Positions 56,058 through 64,000 of a stretch of 64,000 nucleotides of DNA are shown here, one piece after another. The DNA lies in contig NC_043015.1 of NCBI RefSeq assembly GCF_006345805.1, positions 23,312,001 through 23,376,000 on the forward strand, given 5' to 3'. Source of the DNA: Octopus sinensis. Lineage: Eukaryota. A program made the position numbers and the translations under genes. The notes below the pieces were generated by a model. It was not told the origin of the DNA and searched no databases. It was given only the letters and a program-made list of their open reading frames with translations. The number at the start of each line of letters is the position of its first letter. Within the stretch, counting starts at the first letter, position 1.

Positions 56058-56164
56058 CACCTTTTCTTTCCTACTCTGGGCGTCTGCTAATACTTTACAT
56101 GTACCATGTCTCGCCTTGTTGTTTCTTTTTATGTGTTTGTACTTCGTTATTTTTTATTTACTAT

Positions 56165-56202
<38 letters not shown>

Positions 56203-56226
56203 ATACCACATATATTCATATACATA

Positions 56227-56258
<32 letters not shown>

Positions 56259-57103
56259 TTATATATATATATATATATATGTATGTATATGTATATATAT
56301 ATACACATATATATATGATATAGATATGCGTATATATAATGTATATATGTACATATATACATACTTACATATATATATGTATAAAACAAGCTTCAAATGC
56401 AGCGAAGTGCATCTCTGACGCAAGTGCATGCACACATATACGTACACAACGGACTTCATACACAACGGACTTCCACATTTTCTGTTTACCAAATTCACTG
56501 ATGGGGAATTGGCTTACATGTGCTTATAGTAGATCTTTGCCCAAGATCCTTAGTAGTGGCACTGCATAATACATATAATAAATTTTCGTATACTAGTAAC
56601 TAGATCCACGTCGATCGTATACATATTGTCGATAGTTACGTGCTATTTTATTTAGAGTAACTGTGGCTGAATATATCTATAACCGCCTATAAACACGAAA
56701 TTGCCATCTTATACATTTGGAGAGAAAAATGTTTGGGAACATTTTATTATACAAAATAAGGAAATTGAAAAGTTATTTGCCAGAAAATTATCGACTGCAT
56801 AGTCGCTTCACCAATGTCACTCAGTTTTTATTTTGGGTCCCTTAAACTGAAACTAAAAATGTTTCTCATATGGTACGGAAATGTATTGTATTATGACATG
56901 GTAAGAGTACCCGCTTTAGTGATTTGTTACTGTTAGACCCTCAGGACATTATCGTTTCTGAAAAAGTCGAGCAGATAAAAGTTATTCACGCTGTAATAAT
57001 GGCGTGTATTTGCAAGCAATATTCATTAAGGTTAGTACGTAACCACTCCTTTTTTTAAGTGAATGTTTATGGGATTTGACTAAAATATTCAGCCGGTGAA
57101 ACA

Positions 57104-57323
57104 ATTAAGGCCACATTCAGATGTGCTTCCCAGAACCTTATCTATGTCCTAACCAGTTCAGGTTGTAGCCACAATGTGCGACAGATGTGCAAGTAATAAA
57201 ACGCTGAATTTTCATATCTTCCCATTATACAAATGCAAAGATTCAATCTCAGTACAAGAACGCCTAAAGAAGGAAAACATGTTCATACAAAAGCACAAAC
57301 CACACCTTAATATACAAATTTGA
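57104..57323 (+). mobile_element. Penelope GIY-YIG C-terminal fragment with internal deletion (same family as 46891-48030)
   Basis: IKATFRCASQNLIYVLTSSGCSH then CASNKTLNFHIFPLYKCKDSISVQERLKKENMFIQKHKPHLNIQI*; the YIG half is deleted. Confidence 0.72.
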
Positions 57324-57674
57324 CCATTTTAAACATTATACTAAGGAGCCAGTTGTTCCCCACTTGCCATCTGTTGCTTCCCTTGGTTCTCTCTCTAGAC
57401 TCACTCTTATTTTTCAAACATCCAAAATGATGAAACCTCTCTGTCACGAGAACTGATTACTGTGCAATGTCCCTTGAAAAGCTAATTTAAATAGCGAAAA
57501 CCTGTTGGATTTCACGCCATCCATATAATATGTATATAGTTATAAAAAAGATTCTATCTTTATGAAAGGAAGGCATTTCTCATCCAATTTTTATATTTTT
57601 CTACCTATTTTCAACTCATAATTTTGCCACGTGGTGATTAATGAAACTTCTGTATCTTACAGCTTGTATATTTA

Positions 57675-57727
<53 letters not shown>

Positions 57728-58094
57728 TATATATAATATATATATATTACATATACACATATGCATACATACCTGTATATATATATATATATGTATATGA
57801 TTGATATTTGTCGTAGTCGATGCATCAGGGCCCACAAATCTTACTTTCTTTTTATTTTTACTTCACATTCTAGTGTCAGGGATTCATCTGAGACTTTATG
57901 ATAATTTAGATTCTGCAAGTCAGACCCTCCATTCACAAGCAAATCGTTTAAAGGAAGGTGTATTTGTTTCACATTATCACAGATTTCATATGCGCACTAT
58001 CCTTGTCATAACATATTTCCTGATGTCGTCTTGACATATTTTCCTCTGCCTATTCGCTAAGCACAACATTACTCAAATTGTGATGCTTTTATTC

Positions 58095-58270
58095 CAATCA
58101 TCATCATCCTCATTATCATCGTTTCAAGTCCGCTTTTCATGCTAACATGGCTTGGACGGTCTGGCATGGAGTTTACCAGCTGATAGTTGTCTAGACTCTA
58201 ATTATCTGTTGTGGCATGATTTCTATATGTACATGCCCTTCTTAACATCAACCACCTAACAGAGTGTATA
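58095..58270 (-). mobile_element. Short element with (TGA)n-type tail, probably RTE 3' UTR or RTE-dependent SINE
   Basis: Plus strand (CAT)n followed by cgtttcaagtccgcttttcatgctaacatggcttggacgg...atgcccttcttaacatcaaccac; the (TGA)n tail on minus matches the RTE tail type at 16502. Confidence 0.45.
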
Positions 58271-58399
58271 CTTCCTTATTATTCGTCTACCTATCCTTCT
58301 ATCTTCGAAAGGGCCTTCTTACATTTCGCAGTCCTGCCTGAACATTGCCATAAATGAGAATTATCGTCAGTCTTTCGACATTTAGCCTAGCTCTATGGC

Positions 58400-58900
58400 T
58401 AGCCCATCTTAATTGAGACTGCATCAAGAACGCATATCACATTTATGAAACAACTGCAACTGTCTATTAGTGACTTTGATTTGTAATGTGATATAACAAA
58501 TATTTTGAAGACACCCTTCGTGGAAAATATCGAGTTGGGAAATATGTTTTCTATATGATGTGCACGCACCCGTACAGCAAATCTGAGACTGTAAATGCGC
58601 TGTAATTTAAAATGTTGAATTCCAGTCACAAAGCCCTCATTCCATACCATTGCTCGCAGCTTTTAAAAAGCATCATTAGACTTGGCGATCCTATTTACCA
58701 TTTTCTTATCTAAAGAAGCGCTACAACTGATTTTATTTCGTAAATATGAGGAGGACTTCTCACATTTTGGAGGATTCTTTTCCACAAAAGTGTTATGTGA
58801 TGGAGCACTATATTGAGACATTGGTAGTATTATGTCCTTTTTTGGATAAGTGTTGGTTTAGACTGATATATGACTTCAAAAATTTTCACATTTAATGTTA
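58400..58900 (-). mobile_element. Decayed RTE-clade LINE RT C-terminal fragment (different subfamily from the 16-18 kb copies)
   Basis: EKSSSYLRNKISCSASLDKKMVNRIAKSNDAF*KLRAMVWNEG...LLYGCVH..YRKHISQLDIFHEGCLQNICYITLQIKVTN, cf. RTE FxYLGS/RIAKAxxAF/LLYGCETW/FHxRCLR/WxDxVTN. Confidence 0.75.
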
Positions 58901-58993
58901 GTTCTGATGGGTTTTACCACAGAGCAAAGCAGGCTTACAACCTCTTATATTTCCTGGAAAGAATTAGCTACTAGAGTTGCATTACACACGCAA

Positions 58994-59036
<43 letters not shown>

Positions 59037-60016
59037 TATGAGTGTGTGTATGTATGTATTAATGATCAGATATACACAACCAGACACACTTATTGTTTTC
59101 TGTATTGTTTTCTGTATACACACACACACATATATATATAGGATGAGTAGTGTCTATATGAGTAGTGTATATATATATTAATATACCAATATTGTTCTCA
59201 AGTGACCCAGAATATATTTAAGCAGAACTAAAATATTTCATATTTCACCTTTTTTTTTTATATGTTTGTATCCAAACTATAACTGTCTTCAAGGTGCTTC
59301 TTAAGGTAACCAATACTAAATTCATTATTTTACTTCTAAGTAGTATTATCCATTTATTTCAAGTAATTGTGTTAATTGGAAATTCAACAGAGAGACACAA
59401 CTGAGAAAAGAATGAGAAAACAAAGATTACCATTAAGTAATAAAGAAAGAAACAAACTGTTAGATGAGGAGGGGGAAAGAGTTGAAACTACGGAGATTGT
59501 TAGAGATTTTAGGGAAGAAATATGAGTACTTTTAAGTTTAATTATATAAACCAAAGTTTTCAGTTTAGAGGGAATTTTTTCTCCCTTTTTTCATCTTTTT
59601 CCTTCACATACAGGAAAATATATTGATGTACAATCGCTATCCTGCTCTCATGAAAATGAGAGAAGAAAGCCACCATAGTGACAAATATTGGAATACGTTA
59701 CGATGTGTGTGTCATGGACAACAAAGACACGCGTTTTTGTCATAAATTTACACGACAATAACATGTGATGATGCCTACAAACTATGGCAAATATCTAATA
59801 CGAAGAGAAAAGTTGAAATTGCAGTTATTTGCATATATATAATACATGTGTATGTTTGCCCCTAAGTACATACACTACATGCATACATATATAAATATAT
59901 ATAATATATATATATATATTATATATATATGTAGGTCCCGGGTTGATTCGGGGTTAACCACAGTAAATAAGGTACTCAATACATAGCAGAGTAAAATTAA
60001 TTTATTATATAGAAGG

Positions 60017-60065
60017 AGTTCTACAGGACTAGAACTGTTTCATTCAAGAGAAATCTTCAGGAAGC
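60017..60065 (-). ncRNA. Type I hammerhead ribozyme motif in the 3' pLTR
   Basis: GCTTC-CTGAAGA-TTTCTCTTGAAT-GAA-ACAG(TTCTAGTC)CTGT-A-GAAC: canonical core, stem II TTC/GAA with U-U at its base, 4-bp stem III, GUA triplet, 3-bp stem I. Confidence 0.65.
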
Positions 60066-61326
60066 GCTTATACTAGGTCCCTCTGTAGGCAGTTGGTGTT
60101 GAGGGGGCAGGTAGTTTTATCAGGGCAGTTGCAATTGCTATCGGACGTTGGATGGGCCTCGGAAAAAGTAGGTATGTTAAGTTTTTCACATTGTTGTTGG
60201 CTAGGTTCCTGGCTAGATTGGCGTGGTAGAGTAGGAGAGTCTAATAGTGTTCTTATTTAGGATAGGTAGAGTACTTATGTTGGGTGGGGAAGTGTTTCTG
60301 TAGGAGAGTGAAGAAGATTTTAGCTACAGGTGTAGCGACCTCACGGTTGAAGGGGGGGTGTACCAGCTAATGTGTCTTCGTCTATTTTTCCTGGGTTGGC
60401 GTGGGGCTATACTAGTATAGGTAATCTTATCTTTGAAGCCACTACGGGCCAGGGCGTTGTAATAGGGGGCTGCGGCCTTAAAGATATCTTCCGTGGCGGA
60501 CAGGCTAGAAATTCTAATTGAGACACTTTTTACTAGGTTATCTAAATAATTTTGGGGTGGTTTGAATTAATATCTATATATTAAGGGATTCATTCGGTTT
60601 GTGGTACGGGTAATAAAGTGAGGTTTTTAAGTCGAGGGTGACATCAAGGAAGTTAGCTTTAGTTAAGTGGATTCTAAGGTAATCCTAAGGCCTAAGTTTT
60701 TAAAGAAGGTGTAAAGATTTTTCCGGAACCCATCCGTGGTCCTGGGGTTTACTTTGTGGAGGGCGAAAAGGCCGTCATCGCGGTAAAGACCACCGGAGAG
60801 GCCTGTGAATAGGGTTTTCAGCCTATGGAGGATGAAAAGGCCCACTAGGTCACTTATTTCAGCAGAGTCGTTAGCACCCATGCTGACGTCGAAGGGGATC
60901 CGTCATAGAAAAGAAAAGTCTTACGTGCGTGGAGTATCACATCTTGCTCGACCTCGGTGATGGTGGAAGACCTCCTGGCGAAGTTAATCGCGTCGATCAG
61001 CAAGCTCTCCGATATGGAGGCGTAGTAATCCTCGATATCCAGTTGTAGGAATCGGGTGTTGCTTTTATCAGGTAAATCCTGGAACCAGGTTATTGCCTCG
61101 GAGGTCCTATTCCAGAGTGGAAGGGGTGAAGCTTCACGCATTTTTGGTGTAAAATCCTGTCCAGGATCTTCTTGCTGACGGATCCGATGTCAGACTTGGT
61201 TGGGTTAATCAAACGGACCGACGGTTTTATTTTCGAAATGGTCTTTGTGGTCCTTCAGGGTGAAGTGTGGGGACTTCACCCTCAGGGTTCGGTTCGGTCA
61301 TCGATTTTAAGGGAAGGTGGCAATCA

Positions 61327-61374
61327 CTTCCTGAAGATGTCTCTTGAATGAAACAGTTCTAGTCCTGTAGAAGC
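61327..61374 (+). ncRNA. Type I hammerhead ribozyme motif in the inverted 5' pLTR
   Basis: CTTC-CTGAAGA-TGTCTCTTGAAT-GAA-ACAG(TTCTAGTC)CTGT-A-GAAG: 4-bp stem I CTTC/GAAG, canonical core, 4-bp stem III; stem II weakened by a T>G change. Confidence 0.6.
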
Positions 61375-61417
61375 TCCTTCTATATAATAAATTAATATAT
61401 ATATATATATATATATC

Positions 61418-61505
<88 letters not shown>

Positions 61506-63046
61506 TATATATATATATATCTATATATATATATATACATGCATTTATATACCTCCACAAAACGTTCACATATACGCACATACACACACATATATATAGA
61601 CTTATACATATATATTCAAACTTACAAATACATATGTTTTTATATGTATGATTGTGTGTGTGCGTGTGTGTGTATATGCGTGGATGTGCGTATTTATGTG
61701 ATTGCGTGTATGTATATATATGTATTTACATAAGTATATAAAGGAATAGGCACTATTGATCGTAATGCGTACACATTTTCAAATTTCATATTGTCATTAG
61801 TGGTTAATTAGTCATTCATCAGACATAGATATTCAATGTGATTTTGCCATGGTGTGTTAATTTTAAAAATCATTTACAATAAAGGCATTGTGACTAAGGA
61901 CAGTTCCATGGAGCATAAATACTGATGGACGAAAACAAGTTATAATATCCATCTGTATATACACGAAAATAAAAGAATTAATAAAAGGAAATGAAAAGAA
62001 AGCCACGTGATCATTGAATAAAAGCAAATAATATAAAATAATATAAAAGGAATAAAACTTGGTTGAAAGCTAGATGGGAGAGGGTGATAGTATGTAATGT
62101 GATAAAAAGAATGAAGGCAGAGGGTTAAAGGGGAAATACATTTAGTTAAATAAAAGTATGGTATGGGTGTGAAAGAGAAAATAATTGTTGAGCGCGGGAA
62201 GAAAATTCTTTAGATTTTCCGTTGACATTTTTCAGCTTCAATACAATCCGCTGTTATAGATAATAAGCACACTCTCACAAATAAACACATAAACGCCTAC
62301 AGGTACACACACACGCACACGCTGGCACATATGCACACACACACATATATATGCATATAACATACACAGATATGTAGATGCATACATATATACAGACTTG
62401 CATAAAAGAGAAAGTATCGACGAAGCACTGGAAGGAATGAAGGAATTTCCTTGATCGAACAAAATGTTCCCGCTCTTCCTCTCTGTCACTCCCGTCCCTT
62501 TCCTTACGCACCCGTATTTCTTTTCACATATGAACAATGATTAAAACGCATAGGAGGGGGAGGCGTAACAAATATCTGAAGATCCAAACACAAATGTGTG
62601 ATCCCTCATAAAAAAAGTGTGATTATTATTTTGTTTTATTATTATTATTTTTTTAATGAAATTAGGAGATTTATAATTCAGAACTGGTACCGCAATAAAA
62701 AGCGATACAATTTGACATAGCCTCATTCTCCGTTGCCATAAAATGCTTTGAATATTTTGAAGGAGAGAAAAAGAAAATAGAAAGAAAAAAAGGTGCAAAA
62801 ACAATGAAAATGAATAAATAAAACATTCTGAATAAAATGATCAATAGAGATTATCGGAACAAAAGACATATGAACGATGTAGCAATTCCTGTAAATTTTT
62901 CTGTGAACACGACAACAACATGGAAATGAGTTGCTGATACAACAAACGTTTTACCACTATGGATTAGAAACGTTAGATTGTGATTCTTATTCAGTCGATT
63001 TAAATAACACAGCTTTGATATCACAACAATGCCTGCATCATGCATG

Positions 63047-63047
<1 letters not shown>

Positions 63048-63108
<61 letters not shown>

Positions 63109-63165
63109 CATTATTATCATGATTGCCATCATCGTCCCCATCATCATCATCATCGTCATCATAGC
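63048..63165. repeat. (ATT)n grading into (CAT)n microsatellite
   Basis: Read directly; (CAT)n also at 37577-37640. Confidence 0.95.
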
Positions 63166-64000
63166 TGTTTTTGTTATTTCAATATTATTATTTTTTGTTA
63201 TTTTTTGTTTTTGATGTTTCGCTTTTTAAGATTATTACACTATTTGTGATGAATTTGTTTTTTCCCCCTTTTTTTACTTTTCTTACGGCACTTGGATATT
63301 ATGCATTTGGTTGATATATAAAATAAAATATATTAAAATATATTTATTTTGAATAATAGCTAATACGAAGTCAAAAAAATAAAAAAATTCTAATAAATGT
63401 TATCTATAATTCTACTTTATATTAACATACCTTCCGGATATGATTCGCTAATAGATATAATTTTCTATAAAATAAATGCTGGTAATTTGCAGAGAAGTAA
63501 ATTGATTTTTTCTTTTTTTTGTGAAAGAATAAGTTAACATATACACCCACATCCACTTACCACACTCAATTGTATATACACGTATACGCTTGCATATACG
63601 TTTATATGCATATGGGAGTACTTCGTATGTGGGTATGTTTATGCGTAATTTATTGTATATGAAAGTTTGTGTGTGTGTGTCTATGTATGTATCTTTGTGT
63701 ATGTGTGCCTGTGCGCGTGCAAATTTATCTATATGTATTTATACGATAGCTCATCGTTCAGTTTCAGAACAAAAAATTGTGTTTACATTCGTTCTCTCCT
63801 AAAGGTTGATATGCATTAATGGAATTTTATGAAACAATCAATGAAATGACTTAACGATTGAGCAGAAACACTAAAGGTATCCGGGAAATAAATAGAAAGG
63901 AATATCGATTTGTTGTATCGACACGAAAACCATAAATTTCTATGGGTAAGAGTATAGACGAATGCGACGAACCTTACCCAACCAATACTGGCATTCACGT

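Larger units (their letters stand above)
59931..61395 (-). mobile_element. Penelope-like element with YRDD-type RT, 3' pLTR and inverted 5' pLTR; endonuclease largely missing
   Basis: Minus: FTLKDHKDHFENK..VRLINPTKSDIG; WFQDLPDKSNTRFLQLDIEDYYASIS; FDVSMGANDSAEISDLVG; GLYRDDGL (60771-60788); FLDVTLDL; RRRHISWYTPPFNREVATPVAKIFFTLLQKHFP; NTIRLSYS; CNCPDKTTCPLNTNCLQRDLV, then pLTR 60070-59931. 61327-61395 is an inverted copy of the pLTR start. (TA)n on both flanks. Confidence 0.9.

Noticed and set aside
61257-61282. 10-bp hairpin AGGGTGAAGT/ACTTCACCCT near the PLE 5' junction
   Set aside because: Falls within apparent coding sequence (LRVKSPHFTLK); likely coincidental.
62400-62480. Another cadherin-like string (SIDE..TG..LDRTK)
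   Set aside because: Needs two frameshifts and has no splice signals; it shows how easily such motifs can be over-read.

Overview
AT-rich, microsatellite-saturated eukaryotic DNA. The SINE families, (TA)n density and TE mix resemble a coleoid cephalopod (Octopus-like) genome; this is inference, not a database match. I could not support any intact host protein-coding gene, rRNA, functional tRNA or CRISPR array, and most ORFs in the track are microsatellite artefacts. The window is a layered set of mobile-element remains: Penelope-like elements (PLEs, including a YRDD-type RT) with pseudo-LTRs (pLTRs) carrying hammerhead-like motifs, RTE, CR1/L2-type and R4/Dong-type LINE fragments, mariner relics and MITEs, tRNA-derived SINEs and a possible Helitron-like element. 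Most notable: (i) a PLE bracketed by inverted pLTRs, each with a type I hammerhead ribozyme fold (59931-61395); (ii) a near-perfect 325-bp palindrome (35794-36118); (iii) hammerhead-like motifs with a recurrent atypical core; (iv) plus-strand, often splice-site-bounded, cadherin-like coding relics from about 1 to 53 kb that may be a decayed multi-exon cadherin gene (low-moderate confidence); (v) an RTE RT sandwiched between two R4-like fragments; (vi) a LINE and SINEs sharing a 3' end.
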